Below, piece after piece: positions 52,842-62,425 of a stretch of 64,000 bases of DNA (position 1 is its first letter; each line of letters begins with the position of its first letter). Made by a program: the position numbers and the translations under genes. Origin of the DNA: Bacillota bacterium (GTDB lineage Bacteria; Bacillota; UBA994; UBA5500). The stretch is from the NCBI GenBank assembly GCA_012735505.1, contig JAAYHE010000029.1:1988-65987 (forward strand). Reading direction: 5' to 3'. Below the pieces are notes generated by a model. The model ran no database searches and was not told where the DNA came from. It saw only the letters and a program-made list of their open reading frames with translations.

Positions 52842-53750
52842 ATGGACGTTTATGTTGATCTTCTATTTCTCGTCAACTTCGTACTGAATCTCTGGATCCT
52901 GTGGGCGACAGCTAGTCTTAGTGGTACGCCCGTAAAGCGGTCACGGCTGTTCTGGAGTAGTACATGCGGTGCCCTTTACGCTTTTGGCCTGTTGACGCCT
53001 TGGGGTTCAGTTTTTGCCCATCCTGCTAGCAAGCTTGTTCTAGCACTAACCATGATTCGGCTGGCTTTCAATCCGAGCAAGAGGAGGCAAGTACTACAAC
53101 TACTAGGCCTATTTTTACTCATCTGTTTCGCTACGGCTGGCGCTGTATTGGGTGTATATGTTTGCTTGGTAGACAAAAGCCCGGGCGGCGCCTTACTTGC
53201 TTGGGGTGACTTACCCCTCTGGGTGTTAGGACTATCCATAATTATGTTAGCTGTTTCCGGTAGACGCTGGTTGGGGAACTTGGAGAATCGGTTTGTGCGA
53301 GTAGCCAACGAAGCCCACTTGAGTGTGACCATCGGCGACCTAATTTTCGAACTGCAGGCCTTAGTTGATTCGGGTAACCAGTTGGTGGAGCCGCTGACGG
53401 GACGAGCGGTGGTAGTCGTGGCAACAGCTGCCATCAGTCATCTTTTGCCGAAAGAGATCGTATCTTTAACCCAAACTAATCCCATCTGGTCGGCTCAGAT
53501 CGATAAGTTAGCAGCCAGCGATTGGGTGCAACGGATTCGTTTTGTTCCCTTTCAGGCAGTAGCCAATAGTGGGGGGGTTCTGCTCGGTATCCGCACCGAC
53601 TACTTAGAAATTAGATGCCAGGAGGAAGTGAGACAGGTTGAGGGGGTGACTATAGCGTTGAGCCCAGCAGGTCTAGGAGAAAACAACCAATATCAAGCTT
53701 TAGTGCCCCCACGCCTTTTGCCGGCTGCAAGGTCGGGCAAGGCAGTGTAA
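52842..53750 (+). CDS. spoIIGA: sporulation sigma-E factor processing peptidase SpoIIGA
   Basis: A 5-TM N-terminal domain plus an aspartic protease motif LVDSGN. Confidence 0.8.
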   Translation: MDVYVDLLFLVNFVLNLWILWATASLSGTPVKRSRLFWSSTCGALYAFGLLTPWGSVFAHPASKLVLALTMIRLAFNPSKRRQVLQLLGLFLLICFATAGAVLGVYVCLVDKSPGGALLAWGDLPLWVLGLSIIMLAVSGRRWLGNLENRFVRVANEAHLSVTIGDLIFELQALVDSGNQLVEPLTGRAVVVVATAAISHLLPKEIVSLTQTNPIWSAQIDKLAASDWVQRIRFVPFQAVANSGGVLLGIRTDYLEIRCQEEVRQVEGVTIALSPAGLGENNQYQALVPPRLLPAARSGKAV

Positions 53751-53791
53751 GGTAGCGCTTTGCATCCAGTCATCCTGATACAAATAGGGAG

Positions 53792-54538
53792 GTGTGTCCC
53801 ATCAAACGTATCTTGTCATATTGGAGACTAAGGTTTCGCATTCTATTTTATAGGTTCCTGCTCCTTCTTGGTGTCGATGCAGAACAACGGGCGATTCATT
53901 TCATCGGCAGCTCAGAAGCATTACCGCCCCCCTTATCGGCGGAGGAGGAGGCATATCTGTTACAGCAGTTGCGGGTTGGCGATGAAGCTGTCAAGAGCGT
54001 TCTCATCGAACGTAACCTGCGACTAGTAGTGTATATTGCTCGCAAGTTTGAAAATACCGGGATTCCTATTGAAGATCTCTCCTCGATTGGTTCAATAGGT
54101 CTCATTAAGGCTGTCAATACTTTTAATCCAGAGCGTAATATCAAGTTGGCCACTTACGCTTCTCGCTGCATAGAAAATGAAATTCTAATGTTTCTAAGGC
54201 GTAATCAACGCCACCGGGTGGAAGTGTCTTTAGACGAACCGTTAAATATTGATTGGGACGGTAACGAGCTATTGTTATCAGATGTAATTGCTATTGAAGG
54301 CTGTGAAGTCCATAAAAAACTGGAAGCGGAAGTAGATCGTACTTTGCTCAAGCATGCTTTAGAGCGCTTGAGTGAGCGGGAAAGAACCATTGTCGAATTA
54401 CGGTTTGGCTTACGCGATGGCACCGAGTGTACCCAAAAAGAGGTCGCAGACCTATTGGGCATTTCCCAATCATATATTTCGCGCTTAGAAAAACGCATCA
54501 TAAAGCGATTGCGGCGTGAGTTTCAGAAGATGGAGTAA
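53792..54538 (+). CDS. sigE: sporulation sigma factor SigE (pro-sigma-E)
   Basis: Pro-sequence ...ILSYWRLRF...[12 protein letters not shown], then sigma-70 regions 2-4 ([29 protein letters not shown]). The start is uncertain (GTG 53792 or TTG 53812). Confidence 0.85.
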   Translation: MCPIKRILSYWRLRFRILFYRFLLLLGVDAEQRAIHFIGSSEALPPPLSAEEEAYLLQQLRVGDEAVKSVLIERNLRLVVYIARKFENTGIPIEDLSSIGSIGLIKAVNTFNPERNIKLATYASRCIENEILMFLRRNQRHRVEVSLDEPLNIDWDGNELLLSDVIAIEGCEVHKKLEAEVDRTLLKHALERLSERERTIVELRFGLRDGTECTQKEVADLLGISQSYISRLEKRIIKRLRREFQKME

Positions 54539-54579
54539 CAATTAGTGCCAGTTAGTGCCATCTCCCCGTTGTGGTCTAG

Positions 54580-54609
54580 GTATATTCGTCAGTAGGCGAG
54601 GTCATAATG
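54580..54609 (+). promoter_or_regulatory. sigma-F/sigma-G-type forespore promoter upstream of sigG (GTATA -35, 15 nt spacer, GGtcAtAaTg -10)
   Basis: It matches the sigma-F consensus -35 GyATA / -10 GGnnAnAHTR. A direct repeat TTAGTGCCA x2 lies at 54542-54560. Confidence 0.35.
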
Positions 54610-54644
54610 CAAGATAGCAGAAGACAGCGGGGGAGGCTAATGCC

Positions 54645-55436
54645 ATGAATCGCGTAGAAATCTGTGGTGTGAACACATCAAAATTAAAGGTATTAACAAA
54701 TGCCAAGATGCGAGAGTTGTTCGTCCAGCTGCAGAGCGGTGAAGAAGCGGCTCGTGAACAACTCGTTATGGGTAACCTACGCCTTGTGCTGAGTGTAATC
54801 CAACGCTTCAGTAATCGGGGGGAATATGTAGACGACCTGTTTCAAGTTGGTTGCATCGGCTTGATGAAGGCCATTGACAACTTTGACCTGTCTCAGAATG
54901 TAAAGTTTTCCACCTACGCGGTACCCATGATTATCGGAGAGATACGACGCTACTTACGCGACAATAATCCGATCCGTGTTAGTCGCTCCTTGCGAGATAT
55001 CGCCTACAAAGCTTTGCAAGTGCGAGATACTTTAGTCAATCGCCATTCGCGCGAACCTACAGTGTCAGAAATTGCAGCCGAACTTAATGTGCCCCGCGAG
55101 GAGGTAGTCTTAGCTTTAGACGCTATCCAAGAACCGGTGTCTCTTTTTGACCCTATTTACCAAGAGGGCGGAGATCCTATATACATTATGGACCAGATCA
55201 AGGATGAGCGGGATACCGACAACACTTGGGTAGAGGGTATTGCCTTGCGGGAAGCCTTGGACAAGCTAGGTGAGCGGGAGCGGCTGATTCTCTCGCTACG
55301 TTTTTTCGCCAGCAAAACGCAAATGGAAGTGGCCGAAGAAATTGGTATTTCTCAGGCCCAAGTATCCCGCCTGGAAAAGGCAGCTTTGCAGCATATGCGC
55401 AAGCTAATTGCAGAACGGGATGGTAGCAAGATTTAG
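54645..55436 (+). CDS. sigG: sporulation sigma factor SigG
   Basis: Carries sigma-70 regions 2-4 (GNLRLVLSVIQRF, FSTYAVPMIIGEIRRYLRD). 263 aa. Confidence 0.85.
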   Translation: MNRVEICGVNTSKLKVLTNAKMRELFVQLQSGEEAAREQLVMGNLRLVLSVIQRFSNRGEYVDDLFQVGCIGLMKAIDNFDLSQNVKFSTYAVPMIIGEIRRYLRDNNPIRVSRSLRDIAYKALQVRDTLVNRHSREPTVSEIAAELNVPREEVVLALDAIQEPVSLFDPIYQEGGDPIYIMDQIKDERDTDNTWVEGIALREALDKLGERERLILSLRFFASKTQMEVAEEIGISQAQVSRLEKAALQHMRKLIAERDGSKI

Positions 55437-55454
55437 GATAGTAAAACAGGGGGT

Positions 55455-56042
55455 TTGGGTGTGTACAAGAGTCGAGCTAAAGTTTTGCTCAGCGTTGTTC
55501 TTACATATTGCTTATTTAGCCTGTTTACGGGTGTGCTAGAGGCTAAGGCAGAGCCCATACAGGCTTCAGAATTGATTAGGTTGCATGTTTTAGCCAATAG
55601 CGAATCGTTGCAGGATCAACGCATTAAGTTAGCCGTGCGTGATGAACTATTGTCCGTATTACAACCGTTGCTAGCGACAGCAGCTTCGTTAGCTGAAGCG
55701 GAGCAGTTGATAAAAGCCAATTTGAACCAGCTCAAGCAAGCTGCAGCCACGGTCGTGGCGCAGCTGGGAGCTGACTATGAAGCCGATTTTCAATTAGGGC
55801 TGTTTAACTTTCCCGATAAATATTATGGCAAGTATACTCTGCCAGCTGGTCGATACACTGCCTTAAATGTTACTCTAGGCACAGGTGAGGGGCGTAATTG
55901 GTGGTGTGTCATTTTTCCCGCCATGTGTTTCACAGCAGGGGTTTGCCAGCAGGTAGAGGTTGCCGAAGATCAAGTTTATCATCTGCGTAGCAAACTCGTG
56001 GAATGGGTAGGAAAGTTTTTGACATGGTGTTTGCGACGCTGA
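55455..56042 (+). CDS. spoIIR: stage II sporulation protein R (SpoIIR)
   Basis: Signal/TM segment, then the IRLHVLANSES...DQ motif. Conserved C-terminal WWCVIFPAMCF. Confidence 0.7.
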   Translation: MGVYKSRAKVLLSVVLTYCLFSLFTGVLEAKAEPIQASELIRLHVLANSESLQDQRIKLAVRDELLSVLQPLLATAASLAEAEQLIKANLNQLKQAAATVVAQLGADYEADFQLGLFNFPDKYYGKYTLPAGRYTALNVTLGTGEGRNWWCVIFPAMCFTAGVCQQVEVAEDQVYHLRSKLVEWVGKFLTWCLRR

Positions 56043-56109
56043 CTTCGAAGCGTGGTTATGCTTTTTGCTTCCCCGGCATATAAATGGTGAAGAACGGGGG
56101 GCGAAAGAG

Positions 56110-56367
56110 ATGCTGAAAATATCTGATTTGCGACTGCGTGAGGTCGTCAATGTGATAGATGGCCGGCGCTTAGGCTTTGTACATGATTTGGATATTGATC
56201 TAGAAGAAGGGCGAGTTAGGGGTTTTACTGTTATAGAGCAGCAGGGTCGGCTTTTTGGGATTTTGGGAGGAAATAGCGAAATATATATCGCTTGGGAGCA
56301 AGTAATTCGTATCGGGACTGATGTTATCTTAGTGGAGATAGATAGCAGATTGCCTCATGCCAATTAG
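56110..56367 (+). CDS. ymxH: YlmC/YmxH-family sporulation protein (PRC-barrel)
   Basis: LRLREVVNVIDGRRLGFVHDLDIDLEEGRV is typical of YlmC/YmxH. ATG at 56110. Confidence 0.6.
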   Translation: MLKISDLRLREVVNVIDGRRLGFVHDLDIDLEEGRVRGFTVIEQQGRLFGILGGNSEIYIAWEQVIRIGTDVILVEIDSRLPHAN

Positions 56368-56478
56368 GGGATCATACAGCGATCATACAGCGTCATAGTA
56401 AAAGGCTGTCCTTAGCAGTTTCGTAGGACAGCCAGTTTTATTTATGCAACAATTTATGCGCTTGGCTAGCCCGCAACC

Positions 56479-56500
56479 GCTATATCTAGTAGACTATAAT
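56479..56500 (+). promoter_or_regulatory. candidate NrdR box (gCTATATCTAGTaGac) abutting a TATAAT -10 upstream of nrdR
   Basis: The core ATATCTAGT is identical to nrdD box 1. TATAAT at 56495-56500 lies 31 nt before the nrdR GTG. Confidence 0.3.
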
Positions 56501-56531
56501 CAAGTAGGGACCATATTAAGGAGGGATATCC

Positions 56532-56987
56532 GTGAAGTGCCCATATTGTGCGGTGATAGATAGCCGTGTTATCGATAGTAGGCCGACCGACGAAGGCAAT
56601 GCTATACGGCGACGCCGCGAATGTACAAGCTGCGGGCGCAGATTTACTACCTATGAAAAAATCGAAGAACTTCCTTTAATAGTAATCAAGAAAGATGGCA
56701 GTCGTGAAGCATTCGACCGCAATAAAATACTTACCGGGTTGTTCAAAGCTTGCGAAAAGCGTCCTGTAACAACAGCTACACTAGAACAGGTTGTTGATGA
56801 AATAGAGTTGGCTTTGCGCAACCAGCTCAGCCCCGAAGTGAAATCTCAGACTATAGGGGAAATGGTGATGGACCATCTTGCCGAAATTGACCAAGTAGCC
56901 TATGTGCGGTTTGCCTCGGTTTACCGCCAGTTCACAGACATCATGCGCTTTAAGCAAGAACTGGACAAGCTACTGGGGGAAAAATGA
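56532..56987 (+). CDS. nrdR: transcriptional repressor NrdR (zinc ribbon plus ATP-cone)
   Basis: [42 protein letters not shown] matches NrdR nearly position-by-position. Confidence 0.85.
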   Translation: MKCPYCAVIDSRVIDSRPTDEGNAIRRRRECTSCGRRFTTYEKIEELPLIVIKKDGSREAFDRNKILTGLFKACEKRPVTTATLEQVVDEIELALRNQLSPEVKSQTIGEMVMDHLAEIDQVAYVRFASVYRQFTDIMRFKQELDKLLGEK

Positions 56988-58810
56988 TGATTGAATGGGT
57001 AAAAAAGCGCGACGGTCGCATCGTGCCCTTTAGGGCGGAAAAGATTGCTGACGCTATTTTTGCGGCGGCACAAGCAGTGGGCGGAGAAGACCGGCGGCAA
57101 GCAGAATTCCTAGCTGGACAGGTTATTCATCTATTGCAGCAAAGCACTTTATCCCGGGAAGTGCCACAAGTTGAGGAAATCCAAGATTTGGTAGAAAAAG
57201 TACTTATCGAGCATGGACACGCACGTACTGCCAAGGCATTTATTCTTTATCGCAATCAGCGTACTCGTATTCGTGAAGCTAAAAGCGAATTGATGGACGT
57301 CGTCAGTGAAATCTTCCAAGAGTCTGGGAGCGAGGCCCAGTCTGCTTCTCTGCCGCTAGATAAGCTACAGCGGATCGCGAGTGCTGCCAGTGAACGCTAC
57401 AGCCTAAATAACCTTTTACCGCGGGAGTATGCCTTAGCTCACCAACGAGCAAGGATTCATATTGATCGTTTAGCACATTACAGTACAGCCGTCACGGCTG
57501 TTAGCTTAGATATGAAGAGACCTTTAGCTGCCGGTCAGACGGTGGGGCGTGTGCCTATTCCGCCCTTGCGTGATCTAGACGACTTAGCATATTTCAGCGC
57601 AGCTTTGGTACTGGCGGCTCAAAACGAAGCCCTCGAAGAGGTTATGTTAGCGAATGTCGACGCTGTTTTCGTTAACTTATGTGAGCGGTGGCAGCAGCAA
57701 CCGAGCCAGAGTGAAGTACAGCGATTAGCGGCTAGTTTCTTAACGGCCATTAACCTGGCCCTAGCGACTGGAGCAGGGTTACCAGCAAAGATTTGCGTCA
57801 GTGTCGGTACAGCTATTTCGCCTATCGGACAATTGTTTACCAATTCCTTACTGGCGGCCTTGCAAGAGGGGCAACACTTTCATACTGATTTGTTCTTGCC
57901 CCAGATCGTCTTTCAGTTACTGGAAGGAGTTAACGCTTCTCCTGGCGACCCGGGCTATGAGCTGGCGCAGTCAGCTAAGCAAGTTGCCCAGCAATATGGA
58001 AATCTGTCTTTCGTTTACCTAGCCAACGGTGAGCCTAGCTCTCACTTCTTAGCCAGCGGTTGCCGGCTAGAGGCAGATTTCCCAGTTTTGATTGGTAGAA
58101 CTTTTATTAACATGCCGCGCTTAGTCTTGGAGGCAGACACTGCCACAGGCTTCTATGCTAATGTGGATGCTATCTTTAGTTTAGTGGCTCGCCAGATGGC
58201 CCATCGCTACGAAGTGCTTACTGCTTTAAAACCGACAGATTTGCCTTTACTAGGGCAACAGCTAGGATGGACGGACGACACCAACGAGTCACTATTGAAA
58301 CAGGGGCTCTTATTGCTGGTGCCCATAGGGATTAACGATGCTTTGCGGCTGGCTCAATTGCGGTTTGGCAATGCCATGGAGTTGACCGATAAAGATTTCC
58401 TTAGATTACTACTAGAGATTTGCGAGCATTGGCGCAACTATTATTCCTTAAATTTACAGATAGGCGTTGGGCAATATGAGGGTGTTGCCCGCCGTTTCTT
58501 CAATTATGATGCTAGTCTTTTCCCCTTGGTCAACATGGTTTGGCCCGAACGCATGGCTTATAGCGATAGGTTAGGACAAGTAGCCCTTCCACCTCTACCT
58601 GGCGGCCAGTTAGAGCACTGGTTACCCACACAAGCTCTACAGGCAGGGGCGGTGTTGGTCAGCAACCACATTCAGGCCAGCTGCTCTAGCTGTGGGGAGG
58701 TTCTGGCACCGGGAGAATCTAGTTGTCCAGCCTGTAAAGGTGAAGGTGAAATAAGGATCGTGCAGCGGGGCGGGTACCTAAAACCCCAAGCGCCTGGCTT
58801 GCCGTCTTGA
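56984..58810 (+). CDS. divergent class III ribonucleotide reductase-like glycyl-radical protein (second NrdD paralog), overlapping nrdR by 4 nt
   Basis: The ATP-cone is highly similar to nrdD ([18 protein letters not shown] vs ARAYITYRNQRTAYREGK). The C-terminus has [20 protein letters not shown] followed by RIVQRGGY, matching the NrdD Zn-ribbon plus RxxGY glycyl-radical pattern. The central domain is strongly diverged. Confidence 0.55.
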   Translation: MMIEWVKKRDGRIVPFRAEKIADAIFAAAQAVGGEDRRQAEFLAGQVIHLLQQSTLSREVPQVEEIQDLVEKVLIEHGHARTAKAFILYRNQRTRIREAKSELMDVVSEIFQESGSEAQSASLPLDKLQRIASAASERYSLNNLLPREYALAHQRARIHIDRLAHYSTAVTAVSLDMKRPLAAGQTVGRVPIPPLRDLDDLAYFSAALVLAAQNEALEEVMLANVDAVFVNLCERWQQQPSQSEVQRLAASFLTAINLALATGAGLPAKICVSVGTAISPIGQLFTNSLLAALQEGQHFHTDLFLPQIVFQLLEGVNASPGDPGYELAQSAKQVAQQYGNLSFVYLANGEPSSHFLASGCRLEADFPVLIGRTFINMPRLVLEADTATGFYANVDAIFSLVARQMAHRYEVLTALKPTDLPLLGQQLGWTDDTNESLLKQGLLLLVPIGINDALRLAQLRFGNAMELTDKDFLRLLLEICEHWRNYYSLNLQIGVGQYEGVARRFFNYDASLFPLVNMVWPERMAYSDRLGQVALPPLPGGQLEHWLPTQALQAGAVLVSNHIQASCSSCGEVLAPGESSCPACKGEGEIRIVQRGGYLKPQAPGLPS

Positions 58811-58897
58811 TGTGCGGGGAAGGTTAAATATGGTGATGCAGGATTTTTGTTGCGGATAGAGAATACTGGAACAAGCGGGTAGCGGGGGTGATCAGAT

Positions 58898-60187
58898 ATG
58901 GCGAGAAAGAAACGTAAGCGAAGAAGATTCAGACCCCGCAAGTTAATAAGGCGTTTATTAGTGCTCGGGATTCTGTTTAGCTTTTTCGCTGGGGTATTCT
59001 GGTTAGGTAGGGGTACCTATCGCCTGATACGAGGCTGGCTTAATCGGCCCCACCTGCTCAAGACCGTTGTAGCGCAGGAGATACAAGGTGGCGATGGCAT
59101 CAGAGCTGAAGCCATTTTGTTACGGCAAGAGGTTGTCGTTTTGGCTGATAAGCCGGGCAAAGCCAATCTTTTGCTAGGGGATGGCGAGCAAGTGGAGCAG
59201 GGCCGTTTGGCCTTAGAGGTAGTCGATAAGGCCCTTTTAGCCAGTATCGACGCGGAACTACAGAAGATTGAGCAAGGTAGTTCGTCAAATTCAGGTGCTA
59301 ACAGCCAAGAGCTGGCGAATGTGGAAACGAAGTTGATAGAGAGTCGTAATCAACTCTATTCTGCCGGGGCCGTCTATCGCGAGGCCTTGCGCACCCAGGC
59401 GGTAGCCAGCTATAACAACCTTTATAATACTTTTGCCAAGTCGGCGCGGTCGGTAGTACAACTACAGCAAGATTATCTGCGTTTAGTGCAGAGCCAAGGG
59501 GCAGCCGCCGAACGCAGGCAGGAGCTGACTGAACGGCGGCAAGCCGCTATTGTTCCAGTGCGGGCTCCTGTTGCAGGCACCATTTTTTATTGGGTAGATG
59601 GTTTAGAGCAACAGGCAGTTGTTAACAATTTGAAGCCTCAGCTTTGGGATCAGTTACAGGCGGCAAAGAACAATAAGTGCTACCAGACTAGCCCTGACAG
59701 TCAAATAGAAGCAGGTCAACCTGTTTTTAAAATAGCGGTAGGCAAGGAGGCCTATTTGCTATTGCAACTGGCAGGTGACGTTGCGGAACTCCCAGCCGAT
59801 TGGGACTCTCTCAGCGTACATGTTCTGGGGGAAGCTGGCACGACATTTTCAGCTTCTGTCGTTAGCAGATCTGAGTTAGGGCCAGGCCAAGTTTTGTTGC
59901 AGACAAGCCTGCCCGAAACCTTGTCTTTATCCCGGTTTTTTGAGGTCGACCTACATAAGGAAGGGACTGTTTTTTGCCGTATACCAGCGCAAGCGATTAT
60001 CTCCATTGAAGACGAGACGGTTGTTTTTGTCTTAGACGGCAATACTGTAAAGGCACACGCTATCGAGGTCTTGCGTCCAGACAAAAAATATATGATTGTC
60101 ACTGGGATTGAACCAGGCGTTAACCTTATAGTGAATCCAGATGGGCTGGTGGATGGCCAAGACGTGACAGACAGACTAAGGAAGTGA
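58898..60187 (+). CDS. HlyD-family membrane-fusion-like protein (N-terminal TM, coiled coil, beta-barrel)
   Basis: Basic N-terminus plus TM anchor, long coiled coil, and VRAPVAGTIFYW lipoyl-like hairpin. Confidence 0.4.
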   Translation: MARKKRKRRRFRPRKLIRRLLVLGILFSFFAGVFWLGRGTYRLIRGWLNRPHLLKTVVAQEIQGGDGIRAEAILLRQEVVVLADKPGKANLLLGDGEQVEQGRLALEVVDKALLASIDAELQKIEQGSSSNSGANSQELANVETKLIESRNQLYSAGAVYREALRTQAVASYNNLYNTFAKSARSVVQLQQDYLRLVQSQGAAAERRQELTERRQAAIVPVRAPVAGTIFYWVDGLEQQAVVNNLKPQLWDQLQAAKNNKCYQTSPDSQIEAGQPVFKIAVGKEAYLLLQLAGDVAELPADWDSLSVHVLGEAGTTFSASVVSRSELGPGQVLLQTSLPETLSLSRFFEVDLHKEGTVFCRIPAQAIISIEDETVVFVLDGNTVKAHAIEVLRPDKKYMIVTGIEPGVNLIVNPDGLVDGQDVTDRLRK

Positions 60188-60194
60188 GACACAA

Positions 60195-60896
60195 TTGTAT
60201 TCTATGTTATGTGGCAACTTGGCAGCTATTAAGACTGTCATGCAGCAGGCAGCGGCCAAGTCAGGTCGTCAATTAGAAGATATAACGCTGATTGGTGTCA
60301 GCAAAACCCACCCAGCAGATGCCGTAAGAGCAGCCGCCCAATGCGGGCTTAAGCACTTTGGTGAAAACCGGGTGCAGGAAGCCGTTCCTAAGATTGATAG
60401 CCTAACTGATTTAGATATCAAATGGCATTTCATAGGCAGTTTGCAGACCAACAAAGTGAGATATATTTTACCTAAGGTACAGTTGATACATTCTCTAGAT
60501 AGATGGTCGTTGGTAAAGGAACTTGAACGCTTAGCTCCTAGGTTTACTACCCAGGCCAATTGTTTGGTACAAGTGAACATTGCCGGGGAGGCTAGTAAAT
60601 CTGGGCTGGCACCAGTTGAAGTGTGCGATTTTATCCAAGCTGTAGTCACTGAGTGCCAACATGTTCGCATTTGTGGCCTGATGACCATAGCTCCCATAGC
60701 AGAAAATCCCGAAGAGGTGCGTGGTTACTTCCGACAGATGAAGGCGCTTTTCGACGAGTTAGCACAGTCGGCTACAGGTTACACTATGCAACACTTATCT
60801 ATGGGGATGTCGGGTGATTTTGCTGTTGCTATCGAGGAAGGGGCCACTATGATTCGAGTGGGCTCTGCGATTTTTGGTAGGAGGCGAACCGAGTGA
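60195..60896 (+). CDS. ylmE: PLP-homeostasis protein YggS/YlmE (alanine-racemase-N-fold)
   Basis: Carries LIGVSKTHP (the PLP-binding Lys) and HFIGSLQTNK. Confidence 0.8.
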   Translation: MYSMLCGNLAAIKTVMQQAAAKSGRQLEDITLIGVSKTHPADAVRAAAQCGLKHFGENRVQEAVPKIDSLTDLDIKWHFIGSLQTNKVRYILPKVQLIHSLDRWSLVKELERLAPRFTTQANCLVQVNIAGEASKSGLAPVEVCDFIQAVVTECQHVRICGLMTIAPIAENPEEVRGYFRQMKALFDELAQSATGYTMQHLSMGMSGDFAVAIEEGATMIRVGSAIFGRRRTE

Positions 60897-61324
60897 GTAT
60901 CTGGTCCAAATTCTTAAACCTGATAGGCTTTGAAGAAGAAGACGACGAAGAAGAAGCTGTTGAAGAACTCCAGCCAGTGGTAGAGCAGCCGACAAGATTT
61001 AGGCCCAATGTAGTAGAGCTGCAGTCGGCTAAGAACATGAAGCTAGTCGTGTTAGGGCCGACGACCTATGACGATGTGCAAGCCATTGTAGACCATTTGC
61101 GAGCCAAAAGGCCGGTAGTGGTAAATCTAGAGAGGGCTGAACATCGGGTAAGGGTACGTATTTTAGACTTCTTGAGCGGCGCTGCCTATGCTTTAGGAGG
61201 GCGCAACCAACGAGTGAGCGAGTTCATTTTTGTACTTGCTCCGGCAAATGTAGATGTCAACAATTTATTAGAAGATGATGCTATAGCACACATGGACCGG
61301 CATGGTGGAACAGGGGGGCTTTAG
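60893..61324 (+). CDS. sepF: cell division protein SepF
   Basis: Acidic N-terminus, then the SepF core (VVLGPTTYDDVQAIVDHLRAKRPVVVNL...LDFLSGAAYALGG). Confidence 0.8.
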   Translation: MSIWSKFLNLIGFEEEDDEEEAVEELQPVVEQPTRFRPNVVELQSAKNMKLVVLGPTTYDDVQAIVDHLRAKRPVVVNLERAEHRVRVRILDFLSGAAYALGGRNQRVSEFIFVLAPANVDVNNLLEDDAIAHMDRHGGTGGL

Positions 61325-61568
61325 CTTGGGCCTAATTCTTCTAGCCCTGGACTTATTACTCTGGCTGCTCATATTGCGTGTTTTTGTAGATTTTATTATG
61401 CCGCTTCGCTCTACTGCTTTTGGACGCTTTATTACCGCCGCGACCGAACCCTTTTTGGCTCCCGTGCGCAGGTTCATGCCGCAAATTGCTGTCGGGGAAA
61501 CCTTGGTAGACGTATCAGCATTGATTTTGACGCTGATCATACAAATAATCTACACCTTAATCTCGTAA
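61302..61568 (+). CDS. ylmG: YggT-family membrane protein (YlmG)
   Basis: A roughly 88-aa 2-TM protein in the conserved position between sepF and divIVA. Confidence 0.55.
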   Translation: MVEQGGFSLGLILLALDLLLWLLILRVFVDFIMPLRSTAFGRFITAATEPFLAPVRRFMPQIAVGETLVDVSALILTLIIQIIYTLIS

Positions 61569-61583
61569 AGGGGGTGCTCGTCT

Positions 61584-62066
61584 ATGCCAATTACACCGTT
61601 GGACATTCATAACAAAGAGTTTAAAACGGTCTTACGTGGCTATGATCGCATTGAGGTTGACGAATTTCTTGACGATATCGTCAAGGACTTAGAACAGCTG
61701 CTGCGGGAAAATGCTGCTCTTAAAGATGAGAACCACGCCCTCAAAGAAAAGCTTCAACATTATCATGATTTAGAGCAAACACTACATAATGCTTTAGTAG
61801 TAGCCCAAGAGACTGCAGAGGAAGTAAAAACTGCTGCTAAACGAGAAGCCCAGCTCATTATCAAGGAATCTGAAATGAAGGCAGAGCGCTTAGTAGACGA
61901 AGCCATCGGCAAAGTACGGCGCATGACATCAGAGCTGGATGAACTGCGCAAGCAGTCTGAAGTATTTCGGGCTCGTATGATCAATTTACTTAAGGCTCAG
62001 CTAGACATGTTGGAAAACGAGGGCTGGGATCAACGGGAAACGGCAGCCAGCCTAGCTCTCGATTAA
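61584..62066 (+). CDS. divIVA: cell division protein DivIVA
   Basis: N-terminal PITPLDIHNKEFKTVLRGYDRIEVDEFLD, which is the DivIVA lipid-binding domain, followed by a coiled coil. Confidence 0.8.
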   Translation: MPITPLDIHNKEFKTVLRGYDRIEVDEFLDDIVKDLEQLLRENAALKDENHALKEKLQHYHDLEQTLHNALVVAQETAEEVKTAAKREAQLIIKESEMKAERLVDEAIGKVRRMTSELDELRKQSEVFRARMINLLKAQLDMLENEGWDQRETAASLALD

Positions 62067-62117
62067 AGTCTGGGTGGCCGATTAGCAAGCTTACCAAATG
62101 CTATAAGGGGTGGTTCT

Positions 62118-62414
62118 ATGGCGGGGGATGATGCTGCCAAGAAAGATCTAAACAGCAAGGTAGAAGAATTAGCCTATTATCTAGAGCGCATGCGTTTGGC
62201 AGAATACATTGCGCTTTTTAATCGACCTTGGCGACTAATGTGGCTCAATTTTTTGGCCGGGCTAGCACGCGGAGTGGGAATTGCGATTGGGGGAACAATA
62301 TTAGCGGCCCTCGTTATTTTCTTGCTCAGCCAGCTAGCCATTTTGAACTTGCCAGTAATAGGCGATTTCATTGCAGAGCTGGTGAAAATAGTGCAGGGCC
62401 AATTAGCTAGATAG
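62118..62414 (+). CDS. small membrane protein (DUF5665-like), hypothetical
   Basis: 98 aa with an amphipathic N-terminus and two TM helices. No functional assignment. Confidence 0.35.
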   Translation: MAGDDAAKKDLNSKVEELAYYLERMRLAEYIALFNRPWRLMWLNFLAGLARGVGIAIGGTILAALVIFLLSQLAILNLPVIGDFIAELVKIVQGQLAR

Positions 62415-62425
62415 GAGGTCCCGGC

